A stretch of DNA of 52,758 nucleotides from the IMG/VR virus record IMGVR_UViG_3300049165_000014, positions 1 to 52,758 of that record; one strand, 5' to 3'. The translations under genes and the position numbers were made by a program. The DNA comes from a virus (taxonomy: Duplodnaviria; Caudoviricetes). Shown here one piece after another: positions 40,976-50,448 of the stretch (positions within the stretch are counted from its first letter, which is position 1; each line of letters starts with the position of its first letter). The notes under the pieces are model-generated. The model saw nothing but the letters and a program-made list of their open reading frames with translations, searched no databases and was not told the origin of the DNA.

Positions 40976-43900
40976 CCTCGCCTATCCCTTCGTGTATTCG
41001 TCTTGTTGACCAGCTTGGCCACTCCGTTACCGTCGACCTTCAGAGTCGAACCAGTCAGGCCAGCAACCACCGCACTAGCGATTGCGCCCGAGTCCAGGCC
41101 GAAACCGTCCGCAGCGATCTGCGAGCGGATATCGCCGGACACACCAGTCGGCAACTGGGACAGGGTCTTGTCGAACCCAGCGGTCATGGTCACGTCGATC
41201 GGCTCTTCGAACGGAGTCGCGAGCTGATCTGCCATTCCCGAGACCAGAGTCTGAACCTCGCCGAAGCTATGCCTCAGCCCGTTGTACAGACCCTCCATGA
41301 TTGCCTTACCGGCAGGAACCAGAAGCCTGCGGTCCTTGGAGATCGGACCCTTGTTCTGCACGATCCAGTCAGCGATGCCGGTGACCCAGCCCTGCACCTG
41401 ATCCCAGAGCGCCTTCAGGCCATCCCAGAGACCCTGGATGATCGCCTTACCGGCTTCCCACAGCCAGGACCCTGCATTCGAGAAGAAGTCCGTGACCCAG
41501 TTGTAGATGCCGACGAAGATCTCACCGATGCCTGCGGCCAGCCCGACCAGGATTCCGATCAGGATGTTCACGATCCCGGTCAGGATCTGAACGATCCCGT
41601 CCCAGACTCGCTGCCAGTCGCCCGTCAGGAGTCCCATGAAGACGTTGACGATCCCCATGATCACGTCAAGGACACCCTGAATGATCGTGCGGATGAACGG
41701 CCAGACGAACTGGACGACACCGAGCACGAAGTTCATGGCACCAGCGACCACGCCAATCAGCGTCGCCGCGAACTGAGCCGCCACCGGAATGGTCTCGGTC
41801 AGAACTCCGATGATCTGCACCAGGAACGGAACCAGCAACCGAACCAGGTCGATCAGGATCGGTAGAACCGCCTGAACCAACTGCATGAACGGCGGTAGCA
41901 GTGCATTCAGAACCGTAATGAGCGCCTGGAAGATGACCATTGCGAGCTGCAACAGCGGCGGAATCAACGGCTGAATGATCTGCCACAGCATGGTGAAGAA
42001 GCTGACCAGTTGAGTGATCAGCGGCATGACCATGGCGATTGCCTGCGTCAGGAACGTCCCGATCATCTGGACCAGAACACCGAACATCTGGGTGATCACC
42101 GGCATAACCGGACCCAGAGCGCCAATCAGCGTCTCAACTAGCTGACCGAACAACTGTCCGATCTGCAGCAGAACCGGAGAGAGCTGCTGCATCATCGTGA
42201 CGAAGTGCGGACCAATGGTCTGGATCCACTGGGTGAATGCAGCGCCGACAACTTCGAGCGCGGGACCCAGGCCGACGGCCAGGCCCTGCACGATGAACGA
42301 GATCGCCAGGAACAGACCCTCAAGCAGCGGCATCAGGGAGAACAGGAGATCGAAGAATCCCTGGAACCCAGCGGCCATGCTCGGTCCGAGCCGAGCCATA
42401 GCGCCGACGCCGTATTCGACCAGCCTCAGCCAGTTGTCGAACAGAACCCCGACAACCTGGGCAAGTCCCTCGATGGCCTTCGCGAAGGTCCCATCACTGA
42501 CTAGCCTGCTAGCAAGTGTGGCCCAGTCAGCGCCGAACTTGTTGAGCAACCTTGAGAGAGTGCCGAACGAGGCCGCCCCGGCACTGGCCCACGTCATGAA
42601 TCCACCAACGGAGTTGGTGATGAACGGGGTGATCTCGCGGAAGAACGTGCCGATGTTCCCCAGCAGCCCCCGGAGCATCTCCAGTCCGCTCTGGGAGGTG
42701 AAGATTGCCGCCAGGCCCCGAGCCCAGCCGACCAGACCAGTCGCGATGCTGTTGATGCCCTGTTCGAGCACCGGGAAGATCGGACGCAGCGACTCGAAGA
42801 CGGGCCGCAAGCCCTTCTCGAACGTGGCCGAGACAGACGCCCTGAGCGCATCGAACTCAGGCTGAATGGACTTGGCAGCGGCCTTGATGCCGTCGATTCC
42901 GAGCGCGATGGCGGCGAAGCCACCTGCACCGGCGAGCAGCAGCGAGGGGAGCCCAGCCAGCAGACCCCCGACGAGGCCGAGGATGCCCGGCAGCAGGGCC
43001 AGGACCGCCACCACGATCTTGCCGGTACGGCTGAGCTGCATGAACCCGGAGATCGGGTTGATCAGACCCTTGCCCAGGTTGAACAGTCCCTTGGTGAGAC
43101 TGCCCGTGGTCCTGACCAGAGGACCCAAGACGCGGGAGTTCCTGGCGAAGCCAGCGAACGAAGAACCCAGGCGACCGAAGCTCCGGACTGAGTTGCCCAG
43201 TCCCCGACCCAGGCTGCGGACAGCAGCACCGGATCCGTCGAACGCGTTGCGCGCCCTCCGGCCGAACTCCAGGGCACCGTTGCCTAGTGCAACGAATCCC
43301 CGGTACAGCCGGTCCGTCTTGGTCCGGCGAACGATGGCGGGCATAGGGGACAGGTCCCGTACTGCCAGCGCCGTGGAGGTGCTCATCTCCCGGGCGCCAC
43401 GTGCGCCGTCACGGAACGACTTGGCAGCCGCCGCTGTGGCGGTACGCAGTCGATCCCAGGAAGACGCAACCCCGATCGAGTCCCGGTCCATTCGCCGGAT
43501 CTCGTTCTTGATGTCGCGGAACAGGTAGCGCAGCCCGTTGATGCGGGCCTGGAATCCAGAGATCCTCTCCAGGTTGCGGAGTAGATCCCTGTCGCCCATC
43601 GGGTTGGAGACCGCCGACCGGTCCACCGTGGGCGCGTAGTTCTGGAGCTTGTTCAGTTCGCGGTACTGGCGAACCATCTCGCGGATGTTCGCGGAGGACC
43701 GAGCAATACCCTGCCACGCCTGACGAATCCGGCTGGACTCCTTGGCTGCCTGAGCAGCCTGTCGAGTCGCCTCGCGGAACTCGTCTCCCGGGCGTACACC
43801 CCCGAAGTCGAAGCTGATCCCCGACACTGCATCGCGCAGCCGGTTACCCCAGCCTCCTGCATCACGCACAGAGTCCCGGAACTCACTGACCCGATCTCGC

Positions 43901-44445
43901 GAGTCGGTGAACAGGCGACCCATGTTCGCCCACACGTCCCGCAGGCTCCGAGACTGAGAAGCAGCGTTACGCAGGAACGGAGGGATCCGGCCAGCCGCAG
44001 AGCGGATGCCGTCGAAGTGGAACCGGGAGTCCCGAGCGTCACCCTCGAAGGGGCGCATGGCCTGGGCTGCACGCCTGAGGTTGGCGTACATCCGGTTGGT
44101 CATGACGGTCGTGGACAGGAGCAGGCGCTCGAAGTCCGTCAGGTCACTGAGGTCAATGTCGGGATCAAGGCTGCGGAGGAACAGTGCATCCCGGATCCTC
44201 TGGCTCACACCACGAAGACCACGGGTGTTCACGTCAACCGGGATCTCGACCCGGGTGGTTGCCTCAGCCGCGCGGGCTGCGGCCTGAATCCGTGAGACGA
44301 ACCCATCCAGGTTGGGAACGACCTTGACTTCCAGGACGACATCCCTCATCGCCCGGAGCTTGGCCTCCAGCTCTTCCCTGAACCCCGTCAGGTCCGGGAC
44401 GACACGGATACCAATCCGGCCGACGATCTGAGCGCCTGTCGCCAT
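40972..44445 (-). CDS. Tape measure protein
   Basis: 1157 aa; VGRIGIRVVPDL.GFR; amphipathic repeats; KGP...D..LL.PAG.AIM.GL. Confidence 0.92.
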   Translation of the reverse strand: MATGAQIVGRIGIRVVPDLTGFREELEAKLRAMRDVVLEVKVVPNLDGFVSRIQAAARAAEATTRVEIPVDVNTRGLRGVSQRIRDALFLRSLDPDIDLSDLTDFERLLLSTTVMTNRMYANLRRAAQAMRPFEGDARDSRFHFDGIRSAAGRIPPFLRNAASQSRSLRDVWANMGRLFTDSRDRVSEFRDSVRDAGGWGNRLRDAVSGISFDFGGVRPGDEFREATRQAAQAAKESSRIRQAWQGIARSSANIREMVRQYRELNKLQNYAPTVDRSAVSNPMGDRDLLRNLERISGFQARINGLRYLFRDIKNEIRRMDRDSIGVASSWDRLRTATAAAAKSFRDGARGAREMSTSTALAVRDLSPMPAIVRRTKTDRLYRGFVALGNGALEFGRRARNAFDGSGAAVRSLGRGLGNSVRSFGRLGSSFAGFARNSRVLGPLVRTTGSLTKGLFNLGKGLINPISGFMQLSRTGKIVVAVLALLPGILGLVGGLLAGLPSLLLAGAGGFAAIALGIDGIKAAAKSIQPEFDALRASVSATFEKGLRPVFESLRPIFPVLEQGINSIATGLVGWARGLAAIFTSQSGLEMLRGLLGNIGTFFREITPFITNSVGGFMTWASAGAASFGTLSRLLNKFGADWATLASRLVSDGTFAKAIEGLAQVVGVLFDNWLRLVEYGVGAMARLGPSMAAGFQGFFDLLFSLMPLLEGLFLAISFIVQGLAVGLGPALEVVGAAFTQWIQTIGPHFVTMMQQLSPVLLQIGQLFGQLVETLIGALGPVMPVITQMFGVLVQMIGTFLTQAIAMVMPLITQLVSFFTMLWQIIQPLIPPLLQLAMVIFQALITVLNALLPPFMQLVQAVLPILIDLVRLLVPFLVQIIGVLTETIPVAAQFAATLIGVVAGAMNFVLGVVQFVWPFIRTIIQGVLDVIMGIVNVFMGLLTGDWQRVWDGIVQILTGIVNILIGILVGLAAGIGEIFVGIYNWVTDFFSNAGSWLWEAGKAIIQGLWDGLKALWDQVQGWVTGIADWIVQNKGPISKDRRLLVPAGKAIMEGLYNGLRHSFGEVQTLVSGMADQLATPFEEPIDVTMTAGFDKTLSQLPTGVSGDIRSQIAADGFGLDSGAIASAVVAGLTGSTLKVDGNGVAKLVNKTNTRRDRRG

Positions 44446-44850
44446 CTACTGTGTCCTTCCCTTCCGCCACTCAGCTCGCGCCATGGCGGCGAACAGGCTG
44501 GTCTTCTTCTTCTGCTGCTTCTCGGGACGCTGCACAGGCTCAGGTGCCTTCGGCTTCTTCTTCGAGTTGGCAGCAACGAATGCGTACGTGTTCTCCCGAA
44601 CCGCATCGAGCAGGTTCGCGAGCATGTACAGTTCCTGGTTCCATCCTCGGAACTGGTCACCGCCACGCATGGCGGCTACAGTGGCGGATTCCAAGGGGAG
44701 TGCCCGGACGTAGCACAGAACGAGCCGGGGCGACAGCCCCGACCCATCCTTCATGATGTCGCGCAGATCGATCTGGTAGTACCGCTTCAGATCTGCTACA
44801 AGAAACTCGCCGTACTGATCAATCAGTTGGGCGAGTTCTCGGCTTCCCCC
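44446..44850 (-). CDS. Tail assembly chaperone, frameshifted part (T)
   Basis: -1 frame relative to 44823-45203. Confidence 0.85.
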   Translation of the reverse strand, partial: GGSRELAQLIDQYGEFLVADLKRYYQIDLRDIMKDGSGLSPRLVLCYVRALPLESATVAAMRGGDQFRGWNQELYMLANLLDAVRENTYAFVAANSKKKPKAPEPVQRPEKQQKKKTSLFAAMARAEWRKGRTQ

Positions 44851-45203
44851 GGCTGAGTCGCCTCCGTCCAAAGCTCAAGGATCTTCATCCCGAGCAGGAG
44901 GTCGCCGTTCACGGTGCGGACCAGCTTCTCACCCTTGCCGTCGCCGGTGACGTTGCGAAGAACGACCTCGACCGCAGTGGCCATGGCCTTCACGTCCTCG
45001 GCCGACTGATCCTCGTCCTCGCCATCCTCGCCCTTGTTCTCCTGGATCACGTCCAGGGCGGCGAGCACCTCGTCACGGTTGTTGCCGGGGATCCGCATCA
45101 GGTTCCGAAGAGTCAGCGTCTCGCCATCCAGCTCAAGCTGGAGGGGCGCGAACTCCTTGTCGAGAGCATCACGCAGGTCATCGAGGGAAAACAGATTGCT
45201 CAT
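44823..45203 (-). CDS. Tail assembly chaperone (G)
   Basis: MSNLFSLDDLR...TQPGEA; lies between the major tail and tape measure genes. Confidence 0.88.
   Translation of the reverse strand: MSNLFSLDDLRDALDKEFAPLQLELDGETLTLRNLMRIPGNNRDEVLAALDVIQENKGEDGEDEDQSAEDVKAMATAVEVVLRNVTGDGKGEKLVRTVNGDLLLGMKILELWTEATQPGEAENSPN
44844..44850 (-). other. Programmed -1 frameshift slippery site GGGGGAA
   Basis: CCG GGG GAA near the end of the G ORF; frame offset is -1. Confidence 0.8.
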
Positions 45204-45302
45204 GGTTGGCAGACCTTTTCTAAGTCAGTAGCAGCGGACCTAAGTTGGGAAGAGGGCGCAGGCGGTCCGCCAGGTAACCTGCGCCCCCAGTCGAGATGAT
45301 CT

Positions 45303-45317
45303 GCCCTAAGTCAGGTC
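45303..45317 (-). promoter_or_regulatory. Stoperator motif (minus strand)
   Basis: Reverse complement GACCTGACTTAGGGC just after the major tail gene. Confidence 0.8.
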
Positions 45318-45322
45318 TTGGA

Positions 45323-45937
45323 TCAGGGAACGGCCGTGGGGTTGATGCCCATGTCGAGGCTGATCCAGCGGTACAGCGGGTTCGAGCCGTCCTTGAGGAA
45401 GGTCGCCCGCAGCGGCAGCGCCGAGAACTCGTCGACAGCCAGCGTGACAGCACCCTCACGGAGGAGGCTGGCCTTCCGGGCGTAGAACCCGATGGCTGCG
45501 TCGCCGTCCACCATGACCATGCACAGGGACTTCTCCACACCAGCGGTAGGAGCCCCGGACACGATGAACTCACCCTCGACCGCACCGGCGGCGTTGGCCT
45601 GCCCGTAGTAGATCGACAGGGCCTGGTCGTCGAACTGATGCAGGTTGAAGGTCACGTAGTCCACGAGGGCCTCCGTGATGACCTGCTTCACAGCCTCGTT
45701 CTGCCAGGTCCCCCTGGTCTCGGCCTCCCCGCCGTCGAACCCGAACTCCGGCAGCTCCTCACGAGCGGTGTGGCCGATGTGGGACCAGCCGGTACCCAGC
45801 ACATCCGCAGCGTCCGGGTCGAAGCCCGGGTTGCGGAACGCCTGGATCAGAGCGGGCGTGGGAACCGAAGCGGTCCCAACCTCACCGATGTAGATGTAGC
45901 CCTTCGCAGCAGTGAAGATAGCGTCGTCGTTAAGCAC
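45323..45937 (-). CDS. Major tail protein
   Basis: LNDDAIFTAAKGY...GHT....PEFGFDGG...GTWQ...L.QFD. Confidence 0.92.
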   Translation of the reverse strand: MLNDDAIFTAAKGYIYIGEVGTASVPTPALIQAFRNPGFDPDAADVLGTGWSHIGHTAREELPEFGFDGGEAETRGTWQNEAVKQVITEALVDYVTFNLHQFDDQALSIYYGQANAAGAVEGEFIVSGAPTAGVEKSLCMVMVDGDAAIGFYARKASLLREGAVTLAVDEFSALPLRATFLKDGSNPLYRWISLDMGINPTAVP

Positions 45938-45952
45938 CTTAGGTCATACTCC

Positions 45953-46375
45953 TTAAGAACCTCGGCGCGGTCGGACGCCGAGCTGAATGAGCCCCTGGAT
46001 ACGCCAGGTGTCATCGAATGTGGAATCGAACTGCGTTGGACCCATCGTCTCGAAGAACGAATGGATGTACCCCTGCTCGGTCACCGTCTGGTGAGCCTGA
46101 GCTTCAACGAGCACATGACGTGCGTCCAAATACAGGTTCTCGGTAGCAACCAGACCATCCGCCGAGAACGCCGTCATCTCGATCACGGCTAGTTCCAGTC
46201 GGCGGGGGTCAGTTGAGATGCCACCGAGTCGGCGGACATTCAGCAAGGGGAACGTACGATGGTCCACATCCGGCACCCAGGTGGATACATGGAGTGTGGG
46301 GTACGCTTCAGCGAGTCCGGCACGGAGGAGCGGCAGAACGACCGCCTGTACCCGTGGCATTCTGCGATCAGCCAC
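45953..46375 (-). CDS. Tail terminator
   Basis: MPRVQAVVLPLLR...ETMGPTQF...TWRIQGLIQLGVRP. Confidence 0.85.
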   Translation of the reverse strand: MADRRMPRVQAVVLPLLRAGLAEAYPTLHVSTWVPDVDHRTFPLLNVRRLGGISTDPRRLELAVIEMTAFSADGLVATENLYLDARHVLVEAQAHQTVTEQGYIHSFFETMGPTQFDSTFDDTWRIQGLIQLGVRPRRGS

Positions 46376-46749
46376 TAGTCAAACCTCGTGTTGATGATCG
46401 CTCGGTGGAGGGGGAAGATCCCGTCCACCCACTCACCCGTGAAGTTGTGCACGTGACCGAACTCGATAGCCAGTGGGTTGCCTTCGGAGGTGGTCCCGTC
46501 AGCTCGGTCGTGCGGTTCGTCGACCAGCCAAACGACTGCGTCGATCTCCCCATACTGTCCGTGCTCGGACGGAACTACGTAGTCCACCTCGATGTGGGCG
46601 TTGCCCTCATCTCGGTGCCCCACCAGAACGGCCTCAGCATTCGCAGCCAGCTTGTCTGCTGACTTGTCGATGTGCCGCTTGACGCCAGGCTCGTTGGCCA
46701 CAGCTCCGTTGATGAAATCCTCGCGCTCCAGTCGGACGTTTCGCATCAC
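46375..46749 (-). CDS. Head-tail / neck protein
   Basis: LAIEFGH motif; synteny. Confidence 0.75.
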   Translation of the reverse strand: MMRNVRLEREDFINGAVANEPGVKRHIDKSADKLAANAEAVLVGHRDEGNAHIEVDYVVPSEHGQYGEIDAVVWLVDEPHDRADGTTSEGNPLAIEFGHVHNFTGEWVDGIFPLHRAIINTRFD

Positions 46750-47108
46750 GTCCTCCGGATCGTGTAGTCGTAGTGTGCGGTGCGTCGGGAGCCGTTGAAC
46801 TTCTGAGCGTCACCAATCACAGCCCAGCGGATTCCCTGCCATTCAATCTGAGCCTGAGATCCGATGATGCCGACCTCGCGCTGTGAAGCGCGGGTCAATC
46901 GCATTCGGTGAACGGTCTCCGTCTCGTACCCCTCGTTATCCTGCTCTGCCCTCCGGGCGGAAGTGCCGGACTGGGCACGGAGCTGGATCATTGCTCGGGC
47001 GGGGATTCCGACTGAAGACGGCCGGGTGATCCGGTTCCCGTCTTCGTCAGTGACAAGCTCCTCGTGGTAAACAACGATGTCCTCGTTGCCGCGATCAAGA
47101 AGACTCAT
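46746..47108 (-). CDS. Head-to-tail stopper
   Basis: MSLLD...DEDGN...QSGTSARRAEQDNEG...SRRTAH. Confidence 0.85.
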   Translation of the reverse strand: MSLLDRGNEDIVVYHEELVTDEDGNRITRPSSVGIPARAMIQLRAQSGTSARRAEQDNEGYETETVHRMRLTRASQREVGIIGSQAQIEWQGIRWAVIGDAQKFNGSRRTAHYDYTIRRT

Positions 47109-47562
47109 CGTCCCCCCACCACACAGCAGGGTGTTCGGGCGAGTGCCCGTAGAACGGCGGGTTGAAGCTGTACTGCGGATGCGCCTGCTGGTACGTGGGC
47201 AAGCAGATCCTGGGCGCAATCTGGAACGCTCCCCGGCGGACTCCGAGCATGCTCCACTCGTCGTCCAGAATCTCCAGCTTGCCTGAGGCAACCCTCGCGT
47301 CAATCGCGTAGGTGTAGTTGCCGTCAGTCTCAGTCTGGAAACCGTCCGGGTTACGGATCAGACGAAGGACGGCCTCAGCCTCGACGTACGCAACGTCGCC
47401 TTCATCGATCTCGCCGTCCAAGACCATGCCGTGTAGATCCGGGATACGCTGGCGAATCAGTCGCTCAGCATCCTCCAGTCGGATCCCCACGATCTGGGCC
47501 TCAGACTCATCGAGTTCACGGCCTAGCCGGAGCGCAACGTCGTTGGCAGTGGCGTAGGCCAT
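47095..47562 (-). CDS. Head-to-tail adaptor
   Basis: MAYATANDV...RIPDL...RNPDG..ETDGNYTY. Confidence 0.88.
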   Translation of the reverse strand: MAYATANDVALRLGRELDESEAQIVGIRLEDAERLIRQRIPDLHGMVLDGEIDEGDVAYVEAEAVLRLIRNPDGFQTETDGNYTYAIDARVASGKLEILDDEWSMLGVRRGAFQIAPRICLPTYQQAHPQYSFNPPFYGHSPEHPAVWWGDDESS

Positions 47563-47569
47563 GACTCCC

Positions 47570-47737
47570 TCACTTCTGTGTGTTGGTCCTTCGAGTGCGG
47601 CGAACCGGAGTGGGCTGCGGGGCAGGAGCCGGAGCAGCCTTAGCCGCATCCGGATCCCTGTAGCCCTGCGTCAAGAGGACGGCAGCCCGTTCATCGGACA
47701 CCTGGACGCGCACTCCGCTAGGGGAGAGCAGTCTCAT
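47570..47737 (-). CDS. 55-aa small head-tail region protein
   Basis: MRLLSPSGVRVQVSDERAAVLLTQGY...RRTRR. Confidence 0.65.
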   Translation of the reverse strand: MRLLSPSGVRVQVSDERAAVLLTQGYRDPDAAKAAPAPAPQPTPVRRTRRTNTQK

Positions 47738-47748
47738 GCAGTTTCCAA

Positions 47749-47946
47749 TCAGGCGTTCGCGTCGTCCACGAACGCCTTAGCCAGGGCCGGGTTCACGAAC
47801 ACTGCGACCACTCGCCCGCCAATAGGGACAGTGCCAGCGGTGGTGACGTTCGTGTCTACGATGGCGTAGTTGGATGTGGCGTACTGGCCTGACCCGGATT
47901 CCACAATGGTGAAGGGTGAGACCAGCTCCACGACCTGATACCTCAC
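47749..47946 (-). CDS. Small hypothetical virion protein
   Basis: GTG just after the capsid stop codon. Confidence 0.6.
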   Translation of the reverse strand: MRYQVVELVSPFTIVESGSGQYATSNYAIVDTNVTTAGTVPIGGRVVAVFVNPALAKAFVDDANA

Positions 47947-47948
47947 GA

Positions 47949-49049
47949 TCAGATGCCGTCGCCGGGGATCGCGTTGGTGTCGAGACGCATCGTCACGAAC
48001 GCGTTGGGGTCGTGAACCAGCCAACCGAAGGTGGCCTCGCAGAGGACGGCAACCTGGTTCGTGGAGAACAGGTCGATGTACTCGCCCGGAGTCCCGCTAG
48101 GCAGGGTCGCCTGGTCCGAGATGCGGAAGCTGATCTGGTCGGCGTAGCCGTAGGCGAGCTGCGAGAAGTCGCCACCGATCACTCGGACGTTGGTCTTCGC
48201 CGAGTTGTCGACCTTGCCGGTCACGATCTTGTGAGGCTGGGCGTTGATACCCAGGATCGAGCCGCCAACCGAACCGCTGAGGTTGATCTCAGAGCCGGTC
48301 GAAGGAACACCAGCCGGACGCCAGAGCGGGGTGCCGTCAGAGCGCCGCGCGGTGACGATGTCCGGGGTGATTTCCGGGGCGTAGGCCCAATAGTTCAGCT
48401 CGTAGTCCGTGTCCTCAGGCCCGTTGACCAGACGCCACGCCTCGATGAACTGGTCGATCGCGTCCGGGGTCTCGACCGCGCCCGTGGTCTCGTTGACGAC
48501 CCGCTGAGCCGCCAGGTTGAGGTCCACAATGTTGTCGGTCTCGGTGATGTAGCCGTTGGCCGCAATGCCCTGGAGCGGGGTGCCGCGAAGAGCGTCACGC
48601 CCGTACACGACCGCCAGGTCCGCAGCGCGGGCGATGGCCGCCGGAAGGTCGGTCGCGAGCTGCGACCAGAGACCCTGCGGGTTCACCAGCGCGAACTCCC
48701 GCGAGGCCGTGACGATCACGGCGAGCTTGATCGGCATGAACGACTTGCGCGACCCGTACTTGAAGCCGGTGATCGGCTTCTCGTGACCTTCACGCTGCTC
48801 GAACGTGGTACCCACACCGACCTGACCAGCGGCAGGCTTGTGCAGGTTGGGAACCGGAATCGTGGTCTGGCCGAGCGAGACGGGGACCTGCTGACCCAGG
48901 GTCATGAGGACCGACTCGGTCTTGGCCTTGGAGAAGATGTCCGCGACCAGCGTCTCCGGGAGGAGCTGCGAGTCACCGACGAGGGACATGCGCCCCTGGA
49001 CAGTTCCGTCCGTAGGAACGGTATTCGGAACGAGGTTCTCAGCTGCCAT
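47949..49049 (-). CDS. Major capsid protein (HK97 fold)
   Basis: PIKLAVIVTAS.EF; GGDFSQL.YG; LF.TNQVAVL.E..FGW. Confidence 0.93.
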   Translation of the reverse strand: MAAENLVPNTVPTDGTVQGRMSLVGDSQLLPETLVADIFSKAKTESVLMTLGQQVPVSLGQTTIPVPNLHKPAAGQVGVGTTFEQREGHEKPITGFKYGSRKSFMPIKLAVIVTASREFALVNPQGLWSQLATDLPAAIARAADLAVVYGRDALRGTPLQGIAANGYITETDNIVDLNLAAQRVVNETTGAVETPDAIDQFIEAWRLVNGPEDTDYELNYWAYAPEITPDIVTARRSDGTPLWRPAGVPSTGSEINLSGSVGGSILGINAQPHKIVTGKVDNSAKTNVRVIGGDFSQLAYGYADQISFRISDQATLPSGTPGEYIDLFSTNQVAVLCEATFGWLVHDPNAFVTMRLDTNAIPGDGI

Positions 49050-49070
49050 TACAGTTAGATCCTTAAGTGA

Positions 49071-49550
49071 TTAGATGCCCCGGAGTGCCTTCTGAATGAA
49101 GGCGGCACCCGGCGAAAGCCCGGCGCTCTGTCCATCTCCGCGACCCTGAGACGGGTCGGTGGCGTTCTGCTTGAACTGGCCCGAGGGGAAGGAAGCGAGC
49201 AGCGCAGCAGCGTCTGCCTTAAGCTCTTCCTCGGTGGAACCCTGAAGTCGCGGGATCAGTGCGCCAGGCACATTGGCCTCCATGGCCACCCGGTACTTGA
49301 GGAGTTCCTTCTCAGCCGCCTCGGCACGTGCCTCAGCCGCTGCCTTCTCGCCCGCCAGGGACTCGCTCTGCGACAGCGCAGTGGTGTGCGCCTCGGTGAC
49401 CTGACGAAGCTCGGTGCGGTACTTGGCCGCCTCGTTGTTCGCCTTAGTCAACTTCTCCCGAGCCCAGCTAGGAAGATTGTCGTCACCGGTATTGGCCGGG
49501 GGCGGCACAACCTGCTGGTTGTCTCCCGAGTCAGTGTTCTGATCGGACAT
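49071..49550 (-). CDS. Scaffolding protein
   Basis: LP.WAREKLTKAN.EAAKYR...LQGSTEEEL.ADA...DPSQG. Confidence 0.85.
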   Translation of the reverse strand: MSDQNTDSGDNQQVVPPPANTGDDNLPSWAREKLTKANNEAAKYRTELRQVTEAHTTALSQSESLAGEKAAAEARAEAAEKELLKYRVAMEANVPGALIPRLQGSTEEELKADAAALLASFPSGQFKQNATDPSQGRGDGQSAGLSPGAAFIQKALRGI

Positions 49551-49608
49551 ACCAATTGCCTCCAGGGCAGAAAGCACCCACCAGGGGTGCGTAGAATGTG
49601 GTGAAGAA

Positions 49609-50448
49609 TCAGGCAGCCAGAGGGGGCGATTCCTGATCGCCAGGCTGGCGCCTCTTAAGAAGTTCCCGGAGAGCCTGGAGCTTGGCCTTGCCCGACTTAC
49701 CTCGGGTTGCTTCGATCCACAGCCTCTCGGCTTCCAGGTACCTATCCCGACCTGGCCAATTGGCCCTGTCGAAGACTGGAACGACCTTGCAGTCGCAGTT
49801 CTCGTGCCACCGGGACATGAGGCCCATCAGGGCGCTGTCGTCACCGGTACGGTCGTATTCGTTCCAGATGTCCAGCGCGGTCTTTTCGTCCGCCTGGAGT
49901 CCTGCGTTCCTCGCTCCGTCCTCGCCTACATAGACGGGGCCACGGGAAATCAACATGGTGCAGAAGGCGCAGCTCTCACCGCCGCCTTCAACACGAGCCC
50001 AGCCAACGACCCTTGGATCCTTGCGCTGGTTGCCTCGACCCTCGACCGCATCGCGGATGGTGTTTCGACCGGCGTTCTCGGTCTCCTTCAACGCGATGTG
50101 AATGACCTTGGCCATCGACGATTCGCTGGCTCCAGCCGGAGCGAATGTCTCCCTGACCTCTTCCATGGCTTCGTACAGCCAGTCGGACTCGTAGTGGTCC
50201 GCCGTGTACACCGGCCACCGAGGTTCGCCGGGGAAGTGCTCCTGCCGCTGGGAGTCGTAGAACTCCCGAGCCAGCTCGGCCGTCTCCGTGCGGGCCTCCT
50301 GGACCCTGGTTAAGATGGCCGCCAGCAGTGCAATCCACCGGGACGGGTTGATGGCGATCAGTCGGAGGGGGTTGAGGAGTACCAGCAGCGACTGGAACAG
50401 GGCCAGGTTGATCTCCTGCTGCGCTTCTACGTACTCCTCGTACGTCAC
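49609..50448 (-). CDS. Capsid maturation protein (MuF/VG15-like)
   Basis: GWARV..G.ESCAFC.ML.SRGPVY...WH.NCDCKVVPVF. Confidence 0.85.
   Translation of the reverse strand: MTYEEYVEAQQEINLALFQSLLVLLNPLRLIAINPSRWIALLAAILTRVQEARTETAELAREFYDSQRQEHFPGEPRWPVYTADHYESDWLYEAMEEVRETFAPAGASESSMAKVIHIALKETENAGRNTIRDAVEGRGNQRKDPRVVGWARVEGGGESCAFCTMLISRGPVYVGEDGARNAGLQADEKTALDIWNEYDRTGDDSALMGLMSRWHENCDCKVVPVFDRANWPGRDRYLEAERLWIEATRGKSGKAKLQALRELLKRRQPGDQESPPLAA

Noticed and set aside
44446-45203. Chaperone frameshift as a novelty
   Set aside because: It is a standard conserved siphophage G/GT feature
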